Positions 1 through 11,179 of a stretch of 64,000 nucleotides of DNA are shown piece by piece. Location of the stretch: the NCBI RefSeq assembly GCF_018977255.1, contig NW_024704742.1, positions 7,194,001 through 7,258,000 of the forward strand, in the 5' to 3' direction. This DNA is from Callorhinchus milii. Its lineage: Eukaryota. How positions within the stretch are numbered: position 1 is the first letter of the stretch; each line of letters begins with the position of its first letter. The notes under the pieces are model-generated. The model saw only the letters and a list, made by a program, of their open reading frames with translations, had not been told where the DNA came from and made no database searches. A program made the position numbers and the translations under genes.

Positions 1-224
1 AGCTCTACAGATTGCTTTTCAGAACGTGTTAAAAGCAATGTTAGATTTTCCCGATCTTGATAATTATGAGCCATCCTACCTCTACTGACATGTTGCTCAA
101 TCCAGTGCGTTAGCTATCAAATCACCAGATCTGATCTTTACCCAACACAGCTCTCCTGGAGTGAGTAAAATGAGCTCCCTCCTAGGGGCTAAAGACATCA
201 CCCAATGGGACTTGCAATCTAATT

Positions 225-430
225 TACATTTATATTACACTTTTTACGTCAGGAGGACATATCAAAGTGCTTGACAATCCTGGCTGGGTACCCAAGCTGG
301 GGGTGGGGAGGGGAAAGATATCTGAAAGCACGATTAAAGAGCTATGTTTTAAGACGTGCCTTGAATGAGGGGAGGGAAGGAGTGAGTCAAGGGGATCCGG
401 GATGGAGTTCCTGAGAGTGGGGAACCACAC
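225..430 (-). mobile_element. L2 LINE 3' fragment (degraded)
   Basis: Reverse complement of an L2 tail (atttacatttatat...) followed by purine-rich ggatggagttcctgagagtgggg, the antisense of the L2 C-terminal 'PTLRNSIP' (cf. PxLWNSLP) motif. Confidence 0.6.
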
Positions 431-609
431 TTAGTTTAAACTGTGTGGCTGCATTTAACTTGAATGGAGCTTTGGAACATCCTCCCAATGTGAAAGGTGC
501 TATCTATATAAGTGCAATTTGTTGTTCTTTTACTCTGCTCGTGACCATTGAATAAAGGAATCAAACATACATTTGCAAGCTGCAGTTTTTAATAGTATTG
601 AGTCTTAGG

Positions 610-1010
610 GGAGTGGGTAGTATTAATATATCCCCTGGAGAATGGGAGAGATTTGAGACCAGTATAAGGGGACAGAATCTCCTAGGGTCTTTAATAAATG
701 GGTCTGAGCAAAGTGAACACAGTTCTGAAGGGGGCTAGCCAACGGCATCAAAACTGAACCTAACTCAGTGCAAATGGGCAGAATGGTGCTGTATTTCACA
801 CCAAAGGCTCATAATGCCGTCTCCTGGGGAAAAAAATGGGGGGAAACATTCACATTGGTGCAGTAATTAATTCTCTTCTGACGTTAAGGGATATTGTGGT
901 AGAGTTAAGAGGCTTTATCCAGGGTCTAAACCAGGTTATACTTGGTCTGGGAGCACTTGATTTTGACAGTCAGTGCTGATGTTGAAAAATTGTTCCATTA
1001 GATGACACTA
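610..1010 (+). mobile_element. Possible highly diverged LF-SINE-like relic
   Basis: Colinear loose similarity, judged from memory, to the LF-SINE body (gggtct..aaatgggtctgagca..aacacagttc..caaaactgaacctaa..aaatgggca) and to its 3' part (ctttatccagggtctaaaccaggttatacttggtctgggagcacttga). Confidence 0.35.
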
Positions 1011-2546
1011 AATTTCCTGACCTTTCGGAGCACCAAAAAAAAATCCATAAAAGACTGTAACTTTTAGAAAACAAAGAAAATCTAACAGGCTGCTGTCAAC
1101 TTTGTGTGTGTGGGGTTGTTTGATGGCTCGAGCCCCAGGGTAATCATTCACTTGTAAGCAGATCCATAACCAGAACAGGATCAGGAACACAATACAGTCA
1201 GAGTTGTTTGAAACAACCATACGTTCCCCACCCACCCACTCACTCACTCAATCCATACGCCACCCCCCCTCCCCCCCCCAACCACCATCCGCCTTGAGAA
1301 AATATATACCATGTTACTTTCACTAGTAGCGGAGGAATGTGGAGGAATCTTTTATCTCTCCGTGTCTTCTCCAAAATAAAAGAGACGTTAAGGAATGCTA
1401 TCTCTCGTGCTGCACACTCTCAGCGTGTATATAATCATCAATGGCCCTGACAAAGTGAATGCCTACCCTCAATTATGGCCCCCAAAGTGCCTTCGGGCAT
1501 CATACATCTGAAAAAGAAGACAGCACAAGTGGAAGACTGAGCTACATGCCTGCAGTGTCTCCCGAGCAGAGCGCTGACACGAAGAGACATCCTGAGATGA
1601 ACAGGCTTAGCCCGTGCTGAACCCAGGAAGGTCTGTAATACCATCTGGACTTTGAGGGAACTATCACTTTCACACAGACAAGGAGAGGCCGAGCTTTACC
1701 TTGTGTGGGTCGGCTGACAGTGAGGAATGATCATGTTCCTGTTGGGGAAGGCTGATTAAAAAAACTATACACCGGACGCTTTCATATTTGATACATAAGG
1801 TTAAAACGACATCATAAGTCAATGGAACAGACAAATCTAACTTTTTAAAGAGGAATCCGATAAGTCACAAATAAAGGACGAGTCATTATTAAGACATAAA
1901 ATTGCAGTCAAATCCCAACTAAACTTTGGTTTAACAAAAGTTGTGACAACCGTGTTATTCCCAGGAAGGGGGAAAGAGGAGCCAATTTGGGATTAGGCTA
2001 CATGACTTTATTGGAGGCGTAAAAACTTACACTAATGCAATAGGTCAAACAACGTCCAGTGTTGCTCCAAGTCCTGATGCAGGACTTGAGTTGACGTGCA
2101 GATGCATCCACAATTTACTTATGTTACTGAAACCAGTGTTGTGTTGGTTTCTCTGGTTCAAAGTTCCAGAGCAACATAACTGTGACAAGTGTCATTTTAA
2201 ACAGATGGGTTCAGGCGAAATGTTCTACATTTTCCACTGGACAGAATACTTAACGCGGTCATTGGCAGAGTAAAAAAACAATAGCTAGTGGAAACAGTGG
2301 GTAAAATTGAATTGCTGATCTTCCATTCCTTAAAAGGGCTCACATTGCTTCTGTTTAATTTATGCCAGTTGTACAGTTAAACTATTTAAGAACCTATTAA
2401 CGCTACGGAACAAAGGTGTAGTATTGCTTTAGATATCTGAGGGCAGCTCTCATCTGGTTACAACAACAACAGCAACAATGTGCATTTATATAATACCTTT
2501 CATTGAAGGGCATTATCTCGGAATATCTTGGAGTATTACCTTAGAT

Positions 2547-2620
2547 CAGAAATGGCCAACTTGTGGCCCACCTGGGATGCATCAAACATACGTAAAATAT
2601 TCACAAGTTGGCCATCCCTG
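2547..2620. mobile_element. 74-bp hAT-type MITE
   Basis: TIRs cagaaatggccaacttgtg and cacaagttggccatccctg match at 17/19. Degenerate 8-bp TSD ccttagat (2539-2546) / gcctagac (2621-2628). Sits inside an old SINE-head fragment. Confidence 0.65.
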
Positions 2621-3010
2621 GCCTAGACTGTGAGCTCCAAGTCCTGATGCAGGACTTGAGGTGACGTGCAAGTGATTCCACAAATTACGTGTATTACTAA
2701 AACACATTTTGGGCGCCAGAAAGTGAAACACGTGGCTGAGGTCGAGAAGAGTGGATGAGGCAAAGAGACATCTAACTAGCATCAGCAGCCTGGCTCAATT
2801 GATAGCACTCTTGGCGCTTGTTAAGAAGGTAGTGGAGTCAAACCGTATATTGGGAGTTTGAGCTCTCCCTCTCGACTGATACTCCATTGCAATATTGTAG
2901 GAATCGTTGAAGGTGCCAACTTTGGATGAAATCTTAAACCAAATTTGAATGAACAATTCTTCAGTTGTCCTGACAAACAATGCACCAGATAAATTGTTCA
3001 TTCACTTCTT

Positions 3011-3258
3011 GTTATTTGATATAGCGCCTTATCACAACATTGTCACATTTCAAAGCACTTCACAGAATATATTATAAAGTGGATTGACTGTGTATTTTCA
3101 TGGATCAAACGAGGCAGCCAATTGTGCACAGCAGTGTCCCACAATCGGTCGTGGATTGAGTGACCGCATTTTTTTTGAAGGATTATTAATCCCGGAAAGC
3201 GATCTGCCAAAAGACTAACAGCCGGGTTCTGATTTACTGCTAGGTAAACAAATGCGTG
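3011..3258 (-). mobile_element. Young tRNA/Deu/L2-tail SINE, long subfamily, 5'-truncated
   Basis: Reverse complement of the tail (gatatagcgccttatcac), the Deu core (gcagccaattgtgcacagcagtgtcccaca) and the internal ggaaagcgatctgcc segment. Confidence 0.85.
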
Positions 3259-3384
3259 CATGTGGATCCCGTGACACCATTAAAAAAAAAGGGGGAGTTT
3301 CTCCAGTTATCCGACGAACAATGCACCAGATAAATTGCTCATTCACTTCTTGGCTGTTTGTGGGAATTGCTCCATTCTATGCCT

Positions 3385-3880
3385 CGGAGATGAATCTTTT
3401 CAAGGCTAAAGAGTCCCGATTCACATTAGTTCACAACTCATCTGTCAAACATTGGGAATCATTGTACTTGCTCTCCTCTGCATTGCCTTGAAGCCTGAGC
3501 TGCACCCTTATGTTGTGGTGAACAGAACTGTGTGCAGATCAAGGTGTAGTCTAACAAGAGCACTGTATAATGAGCATAACCTTCTGGAGATCTAAACTCA
3601 AACAGTTCTGTAATGTAACCTGGCATCCCGTTTGCCTTGTTTATTGCTGTCTCACACTGTTTTGATATTGTGAACTAACATCTCCAGATCTTTCAGTTTC
3701 CCCCTTGGCAATTTCTGTCCTATCCATAAGGTACATGTGATTTTACTTCCCATGTGTAATATATTCCTGTATTAAACTTCCTTTGTCAATCAGCTTGTGT
3801 GCATTCCCAGCTAGATCTCTTTTAACACCTTTAATGCTTCCTCTGATTCATCCCTTTCCCCTCATGTGAACATCAGAGGC
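3385..3880 (-). mobile_element. Old CR1 LINE ORF2 fragment
   Basis: Antisense of degenerate CR1 C-terminal motifs: NKANGMPG, LYSALVRLHL..CTQFCSP, GLFSLE. Confidence 0.7.
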
Positions 3881-3887
3881 TTGAAAT

Positions 3888-4141
3888 ATAATAATAATAA
3901 TCCTTACATTTGATATAGCGCCTTATCATGTCGTTGAGTCATCTCAAAGCACTTCACAGAATATACTGTTAAGTGGATTGACTGCGTATTCTGAGCGAAA
4001 TGCGGCAGCTAATTGCACACAGCAGTATTCCACAACAGTCATGGATTGAGTGACCACATTATTATTATTATTTTTTTGTAGGGATTATTACACCAGGAAA
4101 GCGATCTGCCAATCAACTAACAACCAAGTTCCTACTTACTT
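3888..4141 (-). mobile_element. Young SINE, long subfamily, 5'-truncated
   Basis: (TAA)n tail plus tccttacatttgatatagcgcc, the Deu core and the internal segment. Confidence 0.9.
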
Positions 4142-4189
4142 CTTGAAAAAGCTAGAGCTTAAATGAAGATTTAAAGCTGAAATGAAATT

Positions 4190-4565
4190 CTGCAGATTTC
4201 CATATGTGTAATGCTGAAGTATTTTACACCAGGGAAGTAGCGGGGCCACTGATTAAGCCACGATACCTACCGATTCCATTCATAAGCCTGACATAAATTG
4301 GTGAATGACCTTAGAAACGTAACCATATTCTGTATGATTGTTACCAGTGATTAATTCTTGCCCCTGTAATGCCTGATAACATGGGTAAATACACGCTTGA
4401 GACGAAAAATGCATTCAGATGCAAATATCCAGAAAAAAAAACTAATGCTTCTGATGTTCCCCCAAACAGCAATCGAGAGATAATTCAAGCGCTGAATGAA
4501 GCATGCTTTAATTTGTGTGTATCCAATGAAAGCAGCTAATGAAATAAGCTGTGGTCCCTTAGCAA
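4190..4565. promoter_or_regulatory. Candidate conserved non-coding element or enhancer
   Basis: Repeat-free block with octamer ATGCAAAT (4419-4426) and several TAAT/TGATTAA motifs. Conservation cannot be tested here. Confidence 0.3.
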
Positions 4566-5117
4566 GGTCTTTGGAACAGGAGGGCTGCCCATTACTCACG
4601 TTAGCACCAGAAGCCACGGTTAGCATTGAACTACACTTGCTGCAAGAACACGTCTTGTTTTTCTACCAAACTATTTGTGGCTTCTTTATTTTTGCTGTGT
4701 TGAAGCAGCACCTGGCTCTTCACGAATCATTGATTTGTGTCAGAGGAAGGGTACGCAGAGCACATCCACCGCACCAGAGCTTCTGCGGCTCTCCACTACG
4801 CCGCCCGTCTTTTGTGTTACGTTATCTCCCATATTCAGGAGGCTCCTGAAAGCAGAATGTGTTTACAAGAAGCTTGTCAGTACAAATCACAGGGTGGAAT
4901 GTTTAGCGCCAGCCAGGCGATGCCGATTGCAGTCCCCTCCGAAGCGCTTGAGCTTATGGGAACCGACTGGGCTGTGAGTGAGCAGGTCAGGGCAGGTCAA
5001 GGCAGCCTCCACGCACACCTTCACACAAGAGCAGACATCTCNAAAAAGACTCACGCTCCAACAGTACAATAAACCAAACTCCCAAGTGTTTCTCTGATCC
5101 CACCACTCCATCAAGTC

Positions 5118-5147
5118 TTTCTCTCTATCTCTCTCTCTCTCTCTCTT
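5118..5147. repeat. (CT)n microsatellite
   Basis: ttctctctatctctctctctctctctcttc. Confidence 0.9.
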
Positions 5148-5184
5148 CCGAGGCAGTTTCAATTCTAGGTTCTCGCAGATCTGC

Positions 5185-5270
5185 CTATTCTGTGAAGCGC
5201 TTTGAGACGTCTCGAAGACGTGATCAGGCGCTACATAAAATGCGAGGATTATTATTAGTATTATTATTAT
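5185..5270 (+). mobile_element. Young SINE 3' tail fragment
   Basis: tattctgtgaagcgctttgagacgtctcgaagacgtgat...ggattattatt. Confidence 0.85.
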
Positions 5271-5454
5271 CCATGACAAAATCTCAATATGTTTTATTCT
5301 GCGATTCTGCAACAATTGCAACAAAGATTCTGTAAATAAAATGCCAATTGTTGAATGATGCAACTTCATGTCATTGATGCATGTGCATCTGGATATGCTT
5401 TGTGAGCAGTGCTGTCCACATCCTCCCATACAGCAGCCTCTGAGGGATCGTTTG

Positions 5455-5685
5455 AGGAAGTTTTTGTGAAGGGAGTTTCTCCTGGTGTCCTGCCAACAAC
5501 CCTCAGATAAACTTGATCATTCACTTCATGGCTTTGTGGGACATTGCTGTAAGCAAATTGGCTGCCGCATTTCATCCACAAACTACGCAGTCACTATACT
5601 GTACAGTAAATCCTATTAAGGACTATGAGACATCCTTTTGACATGAAAGAAATGACTGAATATTAAATACTCAGGTTATTATTAT
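5455..5685 (+). mobile_element. Older Deu-domain SINE, 3' half
   Basis: gaagggagtttctcctggtgtcctgccaaca...tttgtgggacattgctgtaagcaaattggctgccgc. Confidence 0.75.
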
Positions 5686-7007
5686 ATTACTTGTGCTGCA
5701 AGATAAGTTTGGGGTGTTGCTCATTAAAAGTAAAAAGAACACCACGTTTCACACAAGCTTAGTGACTTGGGGGTTGGAAGGAATTAATACGGTCATTACA
5801 GTTGTAACAGTAGGGGCAAATTTACCACATTTTCTTTTCTGATTCAAAAAATAATGATAAATTATTCGGAAATATTAATCATTACAAAACGTTGCAAAAT
5901 ATACCACTTGTTTCTTAACCAGACTAAATAGTGAGATACAGGTTTGATAACAAGTTATGATCTAATTTCAGAACTCAGCCATATTTCTGTGTCCTGACTC
6001 AAGGGGGAATTGCCAATCACTGATGTTATGAATAAAGCTTTTGTTTGCTTGCATTGATGGTCCACTCCCCCTCCCTCTTCTCCCTTGCTTGACATCCGAC
6101 CCCATCATTGTGAAGCGCTCCAAGACAATATCTTACATTAAATAAATACAAGCTAACAATGAAGTTCTCAATGAGGAACTGACCTGATTCACGTCTCAAA
6201 ATCAACATCCCCTGCAATTCGCAAATCTAATTTGCAATGCGAATCATGTCAAATCATGTCCTGCTTTTTCAAAGCGTGGCGTTCACCCAAACTAATGAGC
6301 ATCCTTCAGGAAAATGTATAAGCAGAAGTTGTTGGTGTTGTTAATATTTCTTGGTAATAATAATCCATGCATTTGATTCTGTGCCTTGGCGAGGCATCTC
6401 CAGTAGGCACAGGATATAACGGAGAGTGCGGTGACCGTATGTTGTGGGTGAAATATACCATAAGAATTTCAATTGATTTCTACCACAAAACAGAACTTGT
6501 TTTAGTATTTGATAATCCTATATTAAATACGTTTATAACTCTGCAGTCTTACTTTTCATGCTGAACAGCATTGAGACATCTAGAAGACGTGATAAGGCGC
6601 GATATCAAATACAAGGATTATTATTATTATCATCACATGCACATCATACTGCCAATAATTCAGCTAACCTCTATGATAAATTGTATTATCATATTCTGGG
6701 TTAGAATAAACAAACAATGTAAATGGAGCTGGGCTGCACTGAGATAGAGATACACTGTCAAGATGATAAAGGATCAGGAGTGTATGTGGTATGTAGGTCA
6801 TCTACTGTAGAATTGCTAGATGGTGACCTGGAAAAGTTTCCCATTCCCCAGGACTTTATATTTCTGATATACGCAATGACTCTCTCTCTCTCTCTCACAT
6901 TATACTCTGTATGCACACAATCTCATGCTTTGTTAACCGGGCAAAACTAAGGAAAAAAGCTTGAGCTAATTCAACATATACCTCGAACCCTGTGCAGTAT
7001 CTTCATC

Positions 7008-7263
7008 TGGAGTTCTGTAGCTCTGTAGTTAGAGCACTCGCCTCACAAGCGAGAGACCTGTGTTGATTCCCGGCAGGACAAAACGTTGGGTAAGTTTCCT
7101 TACTCCACGACTGTTTGTGGGATGCTGCTGTGCGCAATCGGCTGCCGCGTTTCGCCCACAAATATACAGTCAATTCACTTTACAGTATATTCTGTGAAGC
7201 GCTTTGAGACGTCTCGATGACGTGATAACGCACTATATCAAATGCCAGGATTATTATTATTAT
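7008..7263 (+). mobile_element. Young SINE with tRNA-like head and internal deletion
   Basis: The head ggagttctgtagctctgtagttagagcactcgcc...gttgattcccggcaggac joins directly to the Deu core at tactccacg|actgtttgtggg. L2-type tail present. Confidence 0.9.
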
Positions 7264-7343
7264 ATCTGTGTATTTTTGGAGTACTTCTACCCTGCAGCTC
7301 AGAATGCAGTGACTTTCTACAAATGTCCTTTGATGTTTGACTG

Positions 7344-7383
7344 TCCAACGGCAAACTCATAGTGATGTGAGTTTGCCGTTGGA
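7344..7383. repeat. Perfect 16-bp inverted repeat (hairpin)
   Basis: tccaacggcaaactca-tagtgatg-tgagtttgccgttgga. Confidence 0.9.
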
Positions 7384-7609
7384 ATTAAAGGGCAATGGTT
7401 TCCTAAGTAGTAATATTTTCAGCCAATTGTCTCCTCATCACATGAGGCGGTGACATAGCGTGCATTAAAAAGAAAGCATACACTAAACCCAAAGTTAGCT
7501 GGATTAATGGGGGAGGAAGGGAGAGAGGGAGAGAGGGAGGGGAATCTGATCTGGTGAGCTGAATATGATAATACAATTTGTGGAGGTTAGCTGAAATATG
7601 ATGTGCATG

Positions 7610-7641
7610 TGATAATGATAATAATAATAATAATAATAATA
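7610..7641. repeat. (TAA)n microsatellite
   Basis: tgataatgataataataataataataataata. Confidence 0.9.
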
Positions 7642-7729
7642 CAATGCCAGTACCAGCATTGTAATTGTTTGTGTATCACGACAACCTGAGTCAAAGTCGA
7701 TACCCCTGACCACTGTGAAGGCCAGCAAG

Positions 7730-7860
7730 GACAACAACAACAACAACAACCACTTGCATTTATATAACGCCCCTCAAACAGGGCAGAGTCCCAGAGCGTT
7801 TGACAGTGGCGGAGCACGACCCCGAGCCAGTGGGGAGAGGGAGGTGACCGTAGGCACAGT
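7730..7860 (-). mobile_element. L2 3' end fragment
   Basis: (CAA)n tail, cacttgcatttatataacgccc, and gagggaggtgaccgtaggcacagt. Confidence 0.7.
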
Positions 7861-8462
7861 AGCAGATGACAGTGAGGTAAGAATGCAGGAGACTACACTG
7901 GGCCGTCAGAATTTTTCTTCAAAGAAATTTGGGTGTGTCAGGCCTAGGTTTGAATTTCAGACACCGGGAGTCCGGTAAGCTTGGGGCTTACTGTATTTAG
8001 ACTATTAATGTTCCTTCATTGCCACAGCTGTTTGAGTGACGGAAACACAAAACTCACTTTAGATATGTGTGCACTATATTGCCAAATTTATGGAGGTCAG
8101 ATCCCCAGATATCATCCTCAAACTACCAGGTGCTGTGTTCAGACCACACCTAGAGCTTTGTATAACAGGTCCAGTTGCCACAACACAAGAGAGAGGCCAG
8201 ACCTTAGAGCCAGTGCAGAGGACCCGCTTGAGAATGATCCTCAGTGTTAGAAAAAATGAGCGATGAGCAATGATTAGACAAACCAGGGCTCTTCAATCTT
8301 GCAAGATATCTCAGAGATTTTTTTTTAACAGTACTGAGAAAGTAAGCCCAGAACAATACCTTCAAATGCTCTGAGATGGTAGAGCAAGAGAACACTGTTT
8401 TAGAATTGCAAAGCGCAATTTCAAAAGGGACACCAGGAAGTATTTCTTTGCTCAGAGGGTCA

Positions 8463-9191
8463 CGCCTCAGCTGTCCTCCTACCCTACATCAGGTCCCTGA
8501 CCAGGACTGCTTTCCTCCACCTCCGTCACATTGCTCGCCTCCCACCGTACCTCACATCCAATGCAGCCAAGACCCTCGTCCATGCTTTCATCACCTCCTG
8601 CCTCAACTATTCCAATACCCTCCTCGCCAGTCTCCACAGCTCCACTATCCACAAAATCCTAGTAATTAAGAATTCCACTGCCCATTTAATCCTTGCATTT
8701 GATATTTTGATATAGCGCTTTTCACGTCGGGAGGACGTCCCAAAGCGCTTCACAGAACACACTAAAGTGAATTAACTGTATATTTGTGGGCGAACGCGGC
8801 AGCCCATATACTTCCCCAACGCACCAGACTCGCCAGACTCCACTGGAGCCCTATCACAGGATGGATCCTCACACTCATTTGGCACCTCTTTACCTTTCTG
8901 CCCTGCTTACTCCCCACTCCACCATCCAGTGCCGGTTCTGGCCTCTTGCTTGTTCCTCATGCCCTTCGCTCCACCATCTGCAGCCGTGCTTTCAGCCACC
9001 ACGCTTCAAACTTTGGAACTCTCTCCCTCAATCTCTCTCCCTTAACCCCTCCTTCCCTTTTTCAGATCACACCTGAAGACCTTCCTCTTTGAGAATGCCT
9101 CTGGTCACCTCCTCCCTTCCCTGGCTCAGAGTCAGGCTCCAACACTGTTAAGTGTGAAGGGCACTATATATAAATGCAAGGTGGTGGTGTT
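8463..9191 (+). mobile_element. L2 LINE 3' portion (ORF2 C-terminus and tail) interrupted by a SINE
   Basis: Translates as LPYIRSLTRTAFLHLRHIARLPPYLTSNAAKTLVHAFITSCLNYSNTLL, later KLWNSLP. Ends gcactatatataaatgcaag(gtg/ttg)n. Confidence 0.85.
8686..8801 (-). mobile_element. Young SINE (short subfamily) 3' fragment inserted in L2
   Basis: gcgcttttcacgtcgggaggacgtcccaaagcgcttcac, flanked by a GCCCAT duplication (8680-8685, 8802-8807). Confidence 0.9.
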
Positions 9192-9769
9192 GTCATTAGG
9201 AACTCGAACAGGTTACCAGGAAGGGTGGTTGAAGCCAATAATGCTGAGTTTATTTTAACAAACAGCTTGATGCTGTGATGGGAAGAAAGCAGGGAGGATA
9301 CTGTGAAAGGTTTAAATTAAATGGGTCAAAGGACCTTCTTCATCCAAACATTTCTTCTGATCTGTGATCTCAGGAAAACAAGAAATAATGCTCTGAGTAA
9401 CCTTGGAAACAAAATTCTTGACCAGAGGATGAGGGAGTCGACAGTTGAGCAAAAAAATGTGCTCTCCAGGTGAAATGGGCTATTGAGAGTCAGGCAATAA
9501 AATGACCTATTTTGCGTTTATTTTAATGAAGTGCGTGTTTGGGATTTTGGTCACAATTAGTTTCAAATGGAAAAAAAGTCCTGAAAAGTAGCTTGAACAG
9601 TAAGTTGACCTCATTTCTGAGATGAGATTCAACTGTATATATTGATTCCACAGACTAACACCGTTTATTATATCTGACTGAGGGGAAAGTCTAATAAAAA
9701 CTATGTCTCCCCCAGTGATGGAGTTCCAGAGAGCGGGGGCAGAATGGTTGAAAGCTCATCCACTGATGT

Positions 9770-10036
9770 AAATTCAGCATTATTAGCTTCAGCCACTCTT
9801 CCTGGTCACCTGTTCCAGTTCCTAATGACAACAACAACGACAACCTGCATTTATATAGTGCACTTCACGCTTAAAAATGTCGGAGCCTGATTCCGAGCTG
9901 GGGGGAGGGGGGAGAGAGGAGGTGACCGTAGACATTGTCGAAGAGGTAGATCTTCAGGCAGGATCTGAAAAAGAGGAAGGAGGAGACAAGGGGGAGGGAT
10001 TGAGGGAGAGAGTTCCAAAGTTCGAGGCGTGGTGGA
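9770..10036 (-). repeat. Inverted duplicate of 8995-9252 (L2 tail plus CR1 junction)
   Basis: The reverse complement reproduces the L2 end and the same junction gttgtcattaggaact..aacagg..accaggaag..tgaagc.aataatgctga. Confidence 0.8.
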
Positions 10037-10454
10037 ATGAATAAGGCAGGGGACATGAAGCAGGTCACTCGATCTGTAAGACACCTTGGTCAGGGATTCT
10101 GCTAGGAGGAGCTTGCATTTACCAGCACGGTGCTTTGTTTGGGTGAAGCAGCCGGAGCTCTCTCAGGAATATTATGTTGGCACCATCCACTTGTACTAAT
10201 CCAATGTCATAAGCTTAATAGCAGTGAGTTGCAGGTGAAGTGGAGGTAAGTGCCAGAGATTAATCACCGGAAAACAAATAGAAACACTATAATCAGCCTC
10301 AGCAAGCAATACCAACTTTCTTTCATAAGTCTGTGTTATCTGATTTGCAGCATTTTTGCCTTGTTTTCTGGATCTCAAGTGCTTAAATGCAAGTTGTTGT
10401 TGTTGATTCACTTGCATTTTAGAACGTCAGCTGTGCCCAATCTGCAGACAGGAA

Positions 10455-10860
10455 GGCAACAACAAAAATAATAACAAAATTACATTTATAGAGTGCATTT
10501 CACGTTGGGAGGACGTCCCAAAGCGCTGAACAATCAGGTGTCGTGGTCCGAGCATTGGGGAGGGGTGGTGTAGGGGTGAGGGAAGGCAGAGAGGTGGGAG
10601 GGAGACCAAAGGCACAGTTGAAGAGAAGGTTCTTGAGACTGGCCTTGAGGGAGGCGAGGGAGGAAGCGAGGCGAAGGGACTGTGGGATGGAGTTCCAGAG
10701 TGTGGGGGCAGAGAGGCTGAAAGCCTGGCCACCGATGGTAGGGCTGGAGACATGGAGCAGGCTGAAGCCCGATGAACGGAGGGAGCGGGCAGGTTGATAG
10801 AGGGTCAGCAGGTCAAAGAGGTAGGAGGGGGCAAGGCCATGGATGGCCTTAAGACGGTGG
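10455..10860 (-). mobile_element. L2 LINE 3' fragment
   Basis: Tail cacgttgggaggacgtcccaaagcgctg; antisense of AFSLSAPTLWNSIP. Confidence 0.85.
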
Positions 10861-11179
10861 CAATGCTCTCATGCTTTTCATACTGAGATGCGTTGCCCAC
10901 TGGGTACAATTCACAGTAGATGTCATGTGGAGTGATTGTTCTTTGTAAGCAAATGCACCAGTCATTTTATGCACAGCAAAGCCACAAATAAAACATGATG
11001 TGAAAGATCAATTTATCTGGAAGATGCCCTGAGCAGTAATCCTCTAAATTAATTGATCATTCCAAGCAAATGTTTGCCAGGTTTGCCTTCAAAAAACAGT
11101 GACTACATTTGCCAGTAATTACCTGTGAAGACCATCGGTTTCCTAGTGCCCTATAAAAATGCTAATTCTTTAAGCGGCG

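Larger units (their letters stand above)
8065..9370 (+). mobile_element. Old CR1 3' fragment (8065-8462 plus 9192-9370) split by an L2 insertion
   Basis: Motifs FRPHLELC, GLFNL and RKYFFAQRV resume after the L2 as tcattaggaac...ccaggaagggtggttgaagcc and end in a CR1 3'UTR (aatgggtcaaaggaccttcttcatc). GTCA is duplicated at 8459-8462 and 9192-9195. Confidence 0.75.

Noticed and set aside
4351..5429. Cluster of overlapping 90-180 aa ORFs
   Set aside because: No recognisable domain. The longest runs through a SINE tail, a (CT)n tract and an ambiguous base (N at 5042).
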